In this document: positions 22,679 to 35,545 of the stretch, piece by piece | How the letters are laid out: each line of letters begins with the position of its first letter | How positions within the stretch are numbered: the first letter of the stretch is position 1 | Assembly (NCBI RefSeq): GCF_004010195.1 | Contig: NC_057719.1 | Coordinates: 74,180,834 to 74,225,418, forward strand | Direction of reading: 5' to 3' | Source of the DNA: Chiloscyllium plagiosum | Lineage: Eukaryota | DNA: 44,585 bases | Notes under the pieces: generated by a model | What the model saw: the letters and a program-made list of their open reading frames with translations, nothing else | What the model was told of the DNA's origin: nothing | Database searches by the model: none | Position numbers and translations under genes: made by a program

Positions 22679-25140
22679 AAACATGAAAAAAAAATTGGCT
22701 TATGAGCTGATGGAGTCTTGGCAGTAATTCAGAGATTGTGCTCCGTTCAGGAGCCTTGCTTCTTCTGGTTTCCATTATTTTATAAGTTAATGATTCCAGC
22801 TTGTTATTTGTGTATGATTCAGGTACTTGGAAAATAACAATTACTTTTGAAAACCATATGTCTTTATTGACTTTCCTGTTCATTTAAAATGCCCAAAAGA
22901 ATTAAGAGAAACTTGCCAAAAGGAAAAAAAAAACACTGACAAAGACAGCAAACAAATACCAAACTCTTCAGTCACTCTGTATCCTGGGGTAGAATCTGGG
23001 AAAAGGCAGATTGCGATAGCATGAGGGAATGTCTTATGGTCATTTATTGTATCAATTTTATTCTGGGAGAGTTTAATCTAGTAATGCCTTCATTTACATT
23101 ACCCCCAATGTTATCAAAATAGCATTTTCAAACTCTGGAAGAAATTTTGTTTGAAATTGGTATGTTTTGTTTAGATTGGAGGTGATAATGGAAAATATAC
23201 ATTAATATCCTAAGCTAAATGACTAATAGGGGAAGTAGTAGTAATTATCCTTGCGAAGGAGACACCTATAAACATTCTTTCCTTGTAAAACTTTCAGTTC
23301 GAAATTAGCAAAACAAATGACTCGGGAATCAAAAATCATTCTGGAATAGAGTGAGTCCTTTTATTCATCCTTCTGGATTTACATAGGTTAAAGATGATAT
23401 CTTCAGTAAGTTTTGTGAAATAGAATTTCTCATCATCTGAAGGTCATAGTTAGTTGTACAAATTGATGAAAGAGGAAGTGAATGGTAGCAGAATAATCTG
23501 GTTTTGCTCCTAAAGCATTATCACGACAGAAAGATATATTTAACTGTAGTATTATTAATATTGCTGTTAACATTTGCTATGGCAGTGATTTAAATGTTGT
23601 GTCAAATCCTACACCTGTACTCTGTATATTTCATTGTATTGAATGTACCCACAATTTTTGTTTGTGGGCAGTTTGTCATTCCAGTTTTTAAAAAAAACAG
23701 AATTGAACTGAGAAACTGTAGCTGAGTGTGGCTAAAACAGAGCTCAGTATAAATGCCAAATGCAGGAAAAGCCAACATGAAAACATATTATTATCAACTT
23801 TAAGTGAAATATGTTATCTAATTCCTGAGGTAGAATGATACCCTGCTTGCACAGCCGCTAGGATAGAGGACCCATAAAGTGAAGAACAGTGCTAAAATAT
23901 TTTCACGGCATGGTGATTAGGATGAGAGGGTGGGAAGGAGGTAGAAAAGAATTCAATGTAATTGAATGATGAAGAGGATGTACCTCCCTAAGCTGTTCAA
24001 GCTATACCTGGCTTAAAATTCAGGCTGAACCCAATTACAGGGTGCGAGATGTCCAAGATTGAGAATAAAATTTTAGTATTATTTTGAAGTGTCAAGCAAG
24101 GATGAATTGTCAAAACGACTTTAGCAGTTCAAAGTGAAATGCAGGGATTATGTTGGTAAGCTATGGCACTTTGTAGTCAATGTTACTAATAACATTAAGG
24201 ATTTTAAGAGTAGCCCTATTGATACCAGGCTGTGAGCGTATGAATTCCTTTAAGTTGTAAGAAGTTTCAAGTATTTTTGTAGATACTTAGTTTGCGGATA
24301 ATTGAGCAAAAGGGAGGAGAGTTTCTTAATTTATTTTTTCAAATAGCTTAATTTATTAATCTAAGTAGAATCTGTATAGAAGAATAGCAGAGGGCTTAAG
24401 GATTCTGTTTACTTCTAATTGTTACTGTTATCAGCAGTCCAATAAGTTGAGATGATGTGGCAGAACTCTTTGGTCATGCAGTTTTGCTGGCTGTTATGCT
24501 GAGATAAAATACTGTTGTCTTCTTTATATAACCTTCAAACAAGACCTATAAATCCTTTTGCTGTACTTTTTATGTAAGTTCTTAATGGATTTTTGTTTGT
24601 TTAACTCTTTGCAATTGAAACATCGAGATCTAAATTGCTTATTTATTTACATCAGTGTGTAGTAGCCCTTGTAAATACACATGGCTAGCAGCTGGGATGT
24701 AACAAGTAAAAAGCCTTTTACTCATTTCAATAAATTTTGTTCTGGAAGTCTTCTGCAGTAATATGTTTTCCGAACAATTATGAGATACCACTTGCAATGA
24801 AACCTTTCTGCCACCTCTTGTTGACAAGTTTAGAAGATGCTTCACCCTAGCCTCTGGATATTTAACAGTGAGAAAAGTACATTTCATTGTCAATTGCCTT
24901 GCTCTGCAAGATAAAAATGTGCTCCTTCACTATAAGTACAGAAAAGCAAAGCCTGAAGAGTTATCAAGTGCTTGATACACATTTCCCAATACACAATATT
25001 GAGGAAAAATTAGTGCTACCATGTAATTTTAAATGTAATCTGGCATATTTTGAAGTATGTTGCATTGTGAAGCATGTAACACATTTTAACACTTTTCCAT
25101 CAATAATGGATTGTTAAAATAAATGGTCAATGTCCTTACA
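22679..25140 (+). other. Putative 3' UTR of the CRIM1-like gene
   Basis: AT-rich and free of recognisable TEs; AATAAA at 24064, 24729 and 25118; TTATTTATTTA (ARE) at 24639; TGTAAATA (Pumilio element) at 24670; end point inferred. Confidence 0.5.
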
Positions 25141-25690
25141 CTCAAATTGTCAGCTTAGAAGTTCACTTCTTTTCCAGAACATTCCAGTTCCCTGGCATTT
25201 TCTATTTTTCTGCTCTGTTATTCTCTGCAAAAAAAGCTAGTGAAGACAAACTTAAGGTTGTAGAATTGAGCTCTTGTGTCACTGGTTTCAGCAGTGTAGG
25301 AGCAGTGGGAAAAATATGTACGTGACCTCTCCTGATAACTTACAACCTGACTGATGCTAATCATCATACTGTGGACCAGGGCACGGTTTGTTTCTTTCAA
25401 GGCTACTGTTGAGAGAATTTATGTCAACAGACTGAATGCAACAGCAAGCACTTTTCTGAATATTCCAGATATACTTGTTCGAATATATAGAATGCCTTGA
25501 CAGCTTCCGTTGACAGTTGCTTTTCACAAGTCCCCTTGATATTTCTGATGGGTTCTCTTTTCACGTTTGTGAAATGCCCTTGACACTTAAGACAAGACAG
25601 GCCCTAGATAAAGGCAGGTGTGTCAAACATCTCAGCACCAGCTGAAGCTAATTGTCCCATGCTGTGACATTATAGTAAACATTTTCAATT

Positions 25691-25966
25691 ACTAGGGGTC
25701 ACAAGTTCAAGATGAGAGGGAAAATGTTTAAGGGAGATGTCCGTGGAAAGTTCTTTATGCAGAGGATGGTGGGTGCCAGCGAAGGTGGTAGAGGTGGGCA
25801 CGACAGCATCCTTTAAGATGTATCCAGCCAGATACATTAATGGGTAGGGAGCAGAGGGATACAGATCCTTGGAAAATAGATGGCAGATTTAGATAAGGAT
25901 CTGGATCGGCACAGGCTTGAAGGGCCAAGAGGCCTGTTCCTGTGCTGTGACTTTCTTTGTTCTGTA
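25691..25966 (+). mobile_element. CR1 LINE 3' end fragment
   Basis: actaggggtcacaagttcaagatgagaggg... with tail ggcctgttcctgtgctgtgactttctttgttct. Confidence 0.8.
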
Positions 25967-26494
25967 TGAGTGGTATTTTCCTCTAACCGAATGCTGCCAT
26001 AAAGCCAAAATGCAGTTTGCCTACCATGCCAATGAGCAATGTAATGTACGTATTTTAGTACCAGCTTGATGTCAGGCATTTGGGCTATAGAGTCCAGTGA
26101 TGCTTAGACCACATCAAACAACTTTGACCATCCTCAAAGCGACCAACTTCCATGCTAACATTTCTGTTCCAATGAAGCTACAGGAACAGCTTCTAGGTCT
26201 CAATAGTAAACTCCATAACTTCAGAAACTGACCACATGATGTCTGTTCTCCATTTCTCTTAATTCTGTTCTATAGCCTTGTCTTCTTTCTGTCTTGTTTG
26301 TTTTGCTGTAAGTGGACAGGACCCATTCTTTTCCTTTCATGCCTTTAGTTTACAGTCTTTTGACATCTCTTTTTCTCTTTCTTCACTTTTGAACCAGGCC
26401 TCTACACCGTCTGTTCGCTTTACCCCTCTTCCACCTCAATTTTGCTAGATTGATCATTGGCTGGGTTAGATTTGTCCTTTTTTTGTGTGTGTCC

Positions 26495-27230
26495 AGGACG
26501 TACCTGGGCAATTTTCCATAATCAGAATTGTAGCTGTACTGGAACAGCTTGACTCGGGACAAAGCTAGTTCTGGAGCCTCGGTTCTTCAGTACTAATACC
26601 AGAATATTGTCAGAGTCCATAGTCGTTGCAGTATCCAAAAACTTCAGCCATCTCTTGATATCATGAGGGGTGCATTTAATTGTTTGGAGAGTGGAATCTG
26701 TGATTCTGGGAACCTCAGGAGGAGGTAGAGATGGATTCATCACTTTGACACTTCTGGCTGAAGATTGTTGTACATGCTTCAGCCTTGTCTTTCGCTCTGC
26801 CGAGAATGCGAAGAGAACAGCAACAGTTGAAAGTGAATGTTCTGGCCATACTAGAGCTCCATTTTGAAGCATACCATACAAGACAAATTGAATGAATATG
26901 TGACATTTGCAAGTCTTATTGTTTCTTTCTTTCTAGGTGGTGTCTTGGTCTCACCACCCTTTGAGGATGGGAATGTTTCTGGAGCTGCCTCCTCCATCCT
27001 CCATCATTAAATTGTCCACCACCATTCAAAAGTGGATGTGGCAGGACTATAGAGCCTGCTTCTGATCCATTTGTTGTAGGATCATCTGGTATTGTCTAAT
27101 GTGTCTTCATTTGTTCAGCATGCAAGTTGTCCTATGTTGTAGTTTCATCAGGTTAACACCTTATTCTTAGGTATGCCTTGTGCTGCTCCCAGAATACCTT
27201 TCTTTAATCTCCTGTGAATCAGAGTGATTC
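26495..27230 (-). mobile_element. Degenerate CR1-clade LINE fragment
   Basis: ORF 26522-26881 (TPHDIKRWLKFLDTATTMDSDNI = decayed K-A-x-G-P-D-x-I linker before RT). Confidence 0.6.
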
Positions 27231-27507
27231 CCCGCTAGGAGAGATTCTTGGTTAAGCATGAGATGGAAAGAACCCTGAAGTCACTACCATCATTACCCAC
27301 AGGCAAGTAAATGTACATGCCACTCCCGGAGTGAAACCGTAATCACTAATACATTATACAACCTCTTTTCTGAAACTCACATGGAAGCTAAAGAGTTTTG
27401 AAAGCTGAGCTTCAGTACTGTTGAATTCAGAAACAAATTGTTATTGCCTGTGTTCTATACTGTTGTTATATATTCACATACTTCCCTGTCACAGGGTAAC
27501 ACACAGG

Positions 27508-28892
27508 TTCTCCAGACGTTCCCAACAGTACCCCTCCACCGACACTCTCATTCGTTTGGCCGAACTGGTCCTCACCCTTAACAATTTCTCCTTTGAATCC
27601 TCCCACTTCCTCCAGACCAAAGGGGTAGCCATGGGCACACGTATGGGCCCCAGCTATGCCTGTCTCTTTGTTGGCTACGTAGAGCAGTTGATCTTCCGTA
27701 AATACACCGGCACCACTCCCCTCCTCTTCCTCCGCTACATTGATGACTGCATTGGCGCCACCTCATGCTCCCGCGAGGAGGTTGAGCAATTCATCAACTT
27801 CACCAACACATTCCACCCTGACCTTAAATTTACCTGGACCATCTCCGACACCTGGCTCCCCTTCCTGGACCTCTCCATCTCCATCAGTGACGACAGACTT
27901 GACACTGACATTTTCTACAAACCCACCGACCCACAGCTACCTGGATTACACCTCGTCCCACCCTACCTCNNNNNNNNNNNNNNNNNNNNNNNNNNNNNNN
28001 NNNNNNNNNNNNNNNNNNNNNNNNNNNNNNNNNNNNNNNNNNNNNNNNNNNNNNNNNNNNNNNNNNNNNNNNNNNNNNNNNNNNNNNNNNNNNNNNNNNN
28101 NNNNNNNNNNNNNNNNNNNNNNNNNNNNNNNNNNNNNNNNNNNNNNNNNNNNNNNNNNNNNNNNNNNNNNNNNNNNNNNNNNNNNNNNNNNNNNNNNNNN
28201 NNNNNNNNNNNNNNNNNNNNNNNNNNNNNNNNNNNNNNNNNNNNNNNNNNNNNNNNNNNNNNNNNNNNNNNNNNNNNNNNNNNNNNNNNNNNNNNNNNNN
28301 NNNNNNNNNNNNNNNNNNNNNNNNNNNNNNNNNNNNNNNNNNNNNNNNNNNNNNNNNNNNNNNNNNNNNNNNNNNNNNNNNNNNNNNNNNNNNNNNNNNN
28401 NNNNNNNNNNNNNNNNNNNNNNNNNNNNNNNNNNGAGGGTATGGAGGTGCTGGGCCTCCTCCACCGCCGCTCCCTCACCACCAGACGCCTGGAGGAAGGA
28501 CGCCTCATCTTCCGCCTCGGAACACTTCAACCCCAGGGCATCAATGTGGATTTTAACAGTTTCCTCATTTCCCCTTCCCCCACCTCATCCTAGCTTCTAA
28601 CCTCCAGCAACTCGATCCCTGACCTGTCCGGACTTGTCCGACCTGCCCAGCTCCTTTTCCACCTATCCACTCCACCCTCTCCTCCCTGACCTATCACCTT
28701 CATCTCCTTCCCCACTGACCTATTGTACTCTATGCCACTCTCTCCCCACCCCCCCCCTCCTCTAGCTTATCTCTCCACGCTTCAGGCTCTCTGCCTTTAT
28801 TCCTGATGAAGGGCTTTTGCCCGAAACGTCGATTTTGTCTGTCCTCGGATGCTGCCTGAATTGCTGTGCTCTTCCAGCACCACTGATCCAGA
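27508..28892 (+). mobile_element. Penelope-like element (Neptune-type RT, GIY-YIG C-terminus, 3' terminal repeat), 5'-truncated
   Basis: RT motifs LVLTLNNFSF, QTKGVAMGTRMGPSYACLFVG, RYIDD, LPFLDL; C-terminus RRLEEGRLIFRLGTLQPQGINVDF; 17-bp TSD acagggtaacacacagg (27491-27507, 28893-28909); 465-N gap inside. Confidence 0.92.
28797..28834 (+). ncRNA. Minimal hammerhead ribozyme motif in the Penelope 3' repeat
   Basis: CTGATGA(28803-09)-A-GGGC-TTTT-GCCC-GAAA-CGTC; stem I weak (2 bp, mismatch, 1 bp). Confidence 0.65.
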
Positions 28893-29989
28893 ACAGGGTA
28901 ACACACAGGCATTCTGAGAGTTTGGCAACATTGTTAGTATTTTTGGACCCAGACAGTCATTTCCAAGGTAATTATTTGATTGTTTATGGCTGATCACTAC
29001 AGTCTCACACCATTGGGTTCCTGTCACTGTAGTCCCAAACCTGTATTCCAATAAACAGTGCATAATAGCATTAGAGGTTGCAGCTGGGAAAAGACCAAAT
29101 GAACTTATCTTTTAAAAAGGAACCAATTTAGCCAGGCTTTCTTGAATTAATGAATGAGTTTATTAATTATGACGTGAGGGAACATACAACACATTAGAAA
29201 TAAGAGGTGAGTACAAAAGGTTAACAAAAATAAGGTTATCTGATAGGTCTCTGAACTGTTCATGCAGAGCAGATAATTTGAACGCTGCAATGGAAGTCAT
29301 CGGTAGCATTGATACTGGTAGTTGACCAATCTGTTTCATGATTCTTAGTTTAGGAGATTTTGTAGTTCTGATTCTTTTTGACTGTAATTGTATTCCAGTT
29401 TTCAGGGTGAGAGAGTTCCTTTGTTACTTTGGCATCTTTTTGTCTGTCTGCAAACATCTTTACCTGCAACATAAGGGTCAGTAGGGATGGTTCTTTGACT
29501 GTGACCTTCACAGCATGCCAACACTCGAACCCAGGCTCGTACATCTAAGAACATTCAGTGTCACTGTAACACCAACCCAGTAGAGTTGAGACAGTCGTCT
29601 TAACCACTGTCCTGTGTACTCTTTAAAAGGAAAAAAATACAAAATGCATCTACAGTAAGAGAGATAATCTGCAGGGTGTTACCGTTGAGCAACTAGATGT
29701 TAGCCGCTCATTAACTTTGTCATCACAAGAGATAACAGCCCAGTCTGTTTTCACTTACCTCTCCCACTCTTTGAAGGTCTGCTATCCGAAGTTCCCTTTG
29801 CATCCGTAGGTGTGACATTCCATTGGACTCTGTCTCCAGACAGTCACTTAATTTGCACCCATAGCCATTACTGGTTGTATCAGCTCATTTTAAAAAAAAA
29901 ACAGTTTAGAAACATGTTAGAAATGTCCCCTGTACTTTGGGGTCACAGGCAACAATAGATTTTACGGAGGGAGTTTACATGCGTCTTTT

Positions 29990-30900
29990 CAATATCAGGC
30001 ATCTTCAGGCATTCACAAAGACACACTGAAATCTCTTCCATGAACAACAACTCACTGATGACTTCACGGTCCTGGTCAGTCAGACCTGCAACGTATAATG
30101 ATATGTTTGTCCAAAGCAGCTCAATTCTTCACACTAAAGATCAGAAAACTGAAGTTCTGCATCATCTGCACCCCAAGAAACATCTAGACCAAGCATTGCA
30201 ATTGAGGGAACTGAGCTGTATATGTGAAGCAATTTAAATTTTTGAGTAGCGTCATCTCGTTTGATCCCATGATAGACAAAAGGAATAGATTACAAGCTTT
30301 TGAAAGCAAACTACATTTGGCCAGTTTGATAAATAAGTGCAGAGAAACGACAGCCTTACATCACAGATCAAACGCTCAAAGTGCACAGATGCGCAGTCTA
30401 AACTATCACTCCATTTGGGGCTGAATTGAGAGTCCTGTACCACTGACGTATAGCCTTGTTAGAAAGATTCCTCCAATACGGCCTTCACAGGATCTTCAAG
30501 ATAGTGGCAAAACCATGTCACAAACATTGAAACACTGACAACAGTCAACATGGCCAACTTAAGTCCATCTTCCTGCAAGGCCAGCTGTGTTGGGTAGGTT
30601 GTGCTGTTTGGAGAGCTGTCCACTTGCAAACAGATCAGAGGGAGTCCACCTAAGTGTTTCAGGATGTTCTGAAGACATCCCTTTCTGTGTGTCACATCTA
30701 CCATCATTAGTGGGAAACACAGGCCACAGGTGGGTGACACCCCATCAGGAAGGAGAAAATTTACAGCATCATAGAGAAAAAGAGAATAATCGGTCCAGTT
30801 AGCCCCAGCAGTGACTGCACATTCACTTGCGCTGGCTGTGGGAGATTTTGTCAGTCATGGTGAGGCTTGATTAGCCAGCAGCAGACCTGAAACCAGTGAG
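29990..30900 (+). mobile_element. Degenerate RTE-clade LINE fragments
   Basis: KTEVLH (30145), LHRIFKI..N.ETL, ELS...R..G.P.K.F.DVLK and a terminal FTCAGCGRFCQS zinc-finger remnant; many indels. Confidence 0.55.
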
Positions 30901-31739
30901 TACAACTTCCCTAAAATCTTTGACCACGAAGAGAAAAATTGGTTGTATGTGAAGTGGTGAAGATAGTAATGACAGCAAGTGTCACCTCTTTCCATAACAC
31001 GTACGGGATTTTCTTGGTGCTTAGTTCCTCCTTACAGGTAGTTCTTCTATAGCACAAATTGGTTATAATGCAGTTGATGAACCAATGACATTGTTTGCAT
31101 AACGTGAACTTTCTGCTGGATGGGTACAGTGGGTTTTCCAGAGCGCAGTCCTCTACAGTGCGATTTCTATAATGTTTCCCATCATGTGATTTTCTATAGT
31201 TGCAGGGGAATATAACTGTCGCATTATAGCAGAACAACCTGTGCTTTTCTTTGCAAATAGCATACCTGCGTAGTCGTCCGAAAACTTTAGGAGCCGTTTC
31301 ATCAGACGCAACCCCACCAACACCAGCAGCTTCTCCTTTTTGCCAGTCTTCAGAGGCTTGGGTTTGGACAATCTTTGAAAAACTTAGATGCCTAACCAGG
31401 AGCCTGGCTCTGGTGAAGCACCTTCATGAAAATCAGAACAGACAAGTCAAGCAAAACAATCCTTTCCAAATCTGCACTGGCATGAAGCAGGATGAGTGAT
31501 GGCTTCTCGTCTCTACTGCACTGATTTTATTTTTGCTGTCTGTTCCTTTAAACAACTGCAGCATTTTACACCACAACCCACACAGTGTTTCTTTCTCCCA
31601 CATTAGTGGGAAACTGGAAGGGAATGTGGAAACTGTTCCTGATTCACCCTACATTATAAAATTCAGCTGGAGAATGACAAGAAATGGAATAAGTGTCTGT
31701 TCTATGTGGGTGGACAGAATTCCTGCTGTGTATCAGATA

Positions 31740-31950
31740 TGATTTGGAGATGCCGGTGTTGGACTGGGATGTACAAAGTTAAAAATCACACAACACCAGG
31801 ATATAGTCCAACAGGTTTAATTGGAAGCACTAGCTTTCAGAGCGTCGCTCCTTCATCAGGTGATTGTGGTTGATGAAGGAGCGTCGCTCCAAAAGCTAGT
31901 GCTTCCAATTAAACCTGTTGGACTATAACCTGGTGTTGTGTGATTTTTAA
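31740..31950. mobile_element. Fold-back Penelope-like terminal-repeat insertion (GAAAGCTAG family)
   Basis: Inverted arms 31777-31858 / 31871-31952; 14-bp TSD ctgtgtatcagata (31726-31739, 31951-31964). Confidence 0.88.
31822..31866 (-). ncRNA. Minimal hammerhead ribozyme motif (AGCU palindrome variant)
   Basis: Minus strand: aatcac-CTGATGA-A-GGAGC-GAC-GCTCT-GAAA-G-CTA-gtgctt; stem I cac/gtg extendable past one mismatch. Confidence 0.65.
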
Positions 31951-33431
31951 CTGTGTATCAGATAGGTAGAGTAAAATCCAACTCAGTGCTATTTGCAGTG
32001 CTGCTTTCAACTACAAAATAGGGTATCTTTTTATACATTAACTTCCTTTAAAACAAGAGCTGAGAAAATGACCATTGGAATTGACACTATTTTTTATTCT
32101 TTTGGTACAGGCTATGCTGCATTAACACAATTGTACATCACGTTTATTATCTCACATTAATTAACTTCATATGCTTTTTAATGTCTGCATAATGTTTTAG
32201 TTTCTGAAACTTAGTGAAAAGTTAATCGAAAATATTATTGCAGACAATGAGCAGCTCTTTTCCCAGTCTATCTAAAAGTATAGATATTTGGCTCTTTGGA
32301 TTAATTTGGCAGGGCAGTAAATATATTCTTGTACAAGATACTGGGTACATATTTAGCCAAGAGGGATTCCACACACAAGGCCTCAGGTTGTTTAGCTTGG
32401 ACACGGCAGACAAACCTTACCCTTCTAATAAGTCTGTCCAAAGATACATACAGTACAATATGCCTTTGGCAAAATAGACCTTGATCACCAAATCAATCCA
32501 TCTACAATGCTCCACAATGGCCATGCAATGTTGGTAAGTTGCAAAACAGTTGTTCTTTTTCATTTTTTTACAGTCAAAATGCCACGATTACCTGGCAGTT
32601 GGGAACCGTTTTCATGTGGTTTCACACTGCCATCTAAAGGCCGAAACGGAAAAGAACACAAAATTGCTGGGTGCTGAAAGGAAACCCATGGACTGAAGAA
32701 TATTTAACACTGTGGATATAAAGTCAAATAGGTGTGGTGCACATTAAACATTTCCACCAAAGAGCTAATCCACATATTCTGAAATTATTAATGTGTTTTA
32801 TAAAATATAGGAAATCCCGATGGACAGTGGTGATGCAGGCTCGAAGGGCCAAATGACCTACTCCTGCTCCTATTTTCTGTTTCCACGTTTTGTGTTTGAA
32901 CATACTCTGAATGTGAATTACTAGCTTGATCCAAATGGATAACTCTTCAGTTTGAGGGCACATGTTTTACAAACGTGATGGTCTTGTGTCCACCTTTTCC
33001 ACAAAGACAGAGGAAACATAATTACTGGAGCCCATACCATTGTTCAACATGGGATACGTCATGACTGTCATTCGTCAGTGTGCCGAGCCCTGGCTGCACC
33101 TCAAGTCCTGAGTTCAATAACTTATATCAAGTATGTGGGTTCCTATGCTACTTTCCCGAGTATCAGGGAGCAAGAATTTCTCCATGCATCTTGTTGTTCT
33201 AGTGCAAGTGAGATGTTCCTGCAGAGAAACCATTAAATATTGTAAAATATGTGCTTTTCTTTATTTGAGAATTTTCACCATCAGTGGATGGATCTTTCTC
33301 TTTTGGCCTCAACCTGGGGTGTGGGGAGTACAGCACAGACAACAGGCAGCTGTACCCCACACCCTCAAACCTGAGAGACATGGGCAAGCTGGAAATTCCA
33401 GAACTATGAAATCTGACTATAAGAAGGAAAA

Positions 33432-33586
33432 GCTGAAAGTGTGTTGCACTCAGGAAGAAGGGCTGAAGAAGGGCTCATGCCTGAAACGTCGATTCTCCTG
33501 CTTCTTGGATGCTGCCTGACCTGCTCCGCTTTTCCAGCAACAAATTTTCAGCTCTGATCTCCAGCATCTGCAGTCCTCACTTTCTC
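33432..33586 (+). mobile_element. Penelope-like terminal-repeat insertion with short inverted 5' piece
   Basis: TSD ctataagaa(g/a)gaaaa (33417-33431, 33587-33601); inverted gctgaaagtgtgttgc then CTGAAGA-A-GGGC-TCAT-GCCT-GAAA-CGTC at 33463-33490. Confidence 0.82.
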
Positions 33587-34779
33587 CTATAAGAAAGAAA
33601 ACACAGGAAGTTTGCAAAACCCTCTTGAGTTTACTCCAAACCTTGCAGTCTTTCTGACCCAATACACAATTTGACATTAACCTAAGGATGAGGAGAACAC
33701 TTCTCCCATTGTGGTCTAAATCTCTGTTGCATTCAATGTTGAATTAACTAATATGACTGGGAAATCATATGATATTGTCAACCAGAGTCCAGATACAATC
33801 ATCATCTTCTTGTCACCCTCCATATAAGTTCTGTCATGCACTTACACCTGTACTTAGAATCAATCACTAGAAATGTCAACACAGCTACATCTCTCCTGTA
33901 ACTAAGCCTGCATTAATGTGGGATCACTTATACACCTGGCCTCCTCCTCCTGGTCTGTTTATTATGTTCTTTTGACTTGCACAGAAACGAAGTATACAGA
34001 CCCAATTGTTCCTGACTCCCCTTCGCCATGCACCTAATCAAAAAAACGCATCAGAAACTGTCCCTATTTCTCATTGCTGCTCGTTTCAATATTGTGCACA
34101 GCCTGTATGTGAGTGCTGAATGTGGGTAATTAAAGTTAGGTACAAGAACTGGGAATCTGTCCCTGCCTTCAAAATAGGCATCAGCTTCAAGGTTCAGTTA
34201 CATTCCAGACTGGCCTCTGAGCCTTTCACAAAGAGTGCATTTAGCAATATTGGTTTCCCTTGACCTTTCTTTTTCTTTGTTACAGTACCTTGTTGCCAAC
34301 ATGGAAGCAATCCATACTGATAGTTTTGTCATGTTAACTCTGCTTTCAAAGTGCTGCTATTTCCTTGTTTCTTAGCATTAAACATTAGATGCTGCTTTAA
34401 CAACAGAAGTGTTGAGCAATGGATCTGGAAATGGCGACGTTCCTGTTGTGATTATGATCTTAATGTTCCCAAGCCTGTTGGTGGAGAGATAGTAAGTAGC
34501 GTCAAAGTGGTTAATGCCGGCAGCAATTGTCTTCAGGACAACAGTACATGCAAATGTTCAAGAGCTTCGGAACGAGGAGAATGTTAGACAATTTACATTT
34601 CATTACTGATACTATCTTTAGCATTTTCATAAACAGAGATTTTCTCTCCTTATCCAAATACTTATCTGTATGTCAATCAAGCCCGCAGCAGCTTAGACAC
34701 AGCTGCCTGGAAAAAAGATTTATCTGAAATGGTGTTTCTTTACAGGACATAATGAGCTGAATCTTTTGTTATTTTGGTT

Positions 34780-35545
34780 CAGTGTGAGTTGGATATCTGA
34801 CAACGAGTCAGGATACAAAAGGGAGATAGAGGGCTTGGTGACCTGGTGCAATGAGAACAACCTCTCTTAATGTCAGCAAAACTAAAGAATTGATCATTGA
34901 CTTCAGAAAGAAAGGAGAACATGCCCCCATTTACATCAACAGAACTAAGGGTGAGTGGGTGGAGAGTGTCAAGTTCCAAGAGTGATAATAACCATCAACC
35001 TGTCCTGGACTTCCCACATAGCTGCAACTGTCAAGAAGGACAAAAACACCTCTTCTTCCTCAGGCGGCTCGGGAAACTTGGCATGTCTGAAAGAACCCTC
35101 ACCAACTTCTACAGATGCACCATTGAAAGCAGTTGAATAATGGTCTGTTATGGCAACAGCTCTGCCCAGGACCGTAAGAAACTACAGAAGAAGGTTGTGC
35201 GCACATCCTTGGACTCCATTTACACAGTTTGTTGCCACGGAAAGGCTGCCAACATCATCAAAGACAAATCATACCCCAGGCAATGCTCTCCTATAACCTC
35301 TTCTGTCAGGCAGGAGATACAGAAGCTTGAACACATGCACCAGCAGGTTCAGGAACAGTTTCTTCCCAGCTGTTATTAGACTGATGAATGGACTCTTTTT
35401 AGTCTCAAATAATACTGATGATCTTGTGTAGTGCATGTTCTGTGCGATGTAACCTGTGTGCCTGTTTCTAAGTTTCTTTCACGCTATGACCTGTACGTCC
35501 TTGCTTACTATGATCTGCCTGTACTGCTTGTAAACAATAAATAAA
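34780..35545 (+). mobile_element. Rex1/Babar-type LINE 3' fragment
   Basis: Frameshifted ESGYKREIEGLVTWCNENNL.LNVSKTKELIIDFRK, HLFFLRRLGKLGMSERTLTNFYRCTIES, CYGNSSAQDRKKLQK. Confidence 0.82.

Noticed and set aside
27740..28600. Long ORFs spanning the N run
   Set aside because: Artefacts of translating the gap; only the Penelope frame is meaningful.
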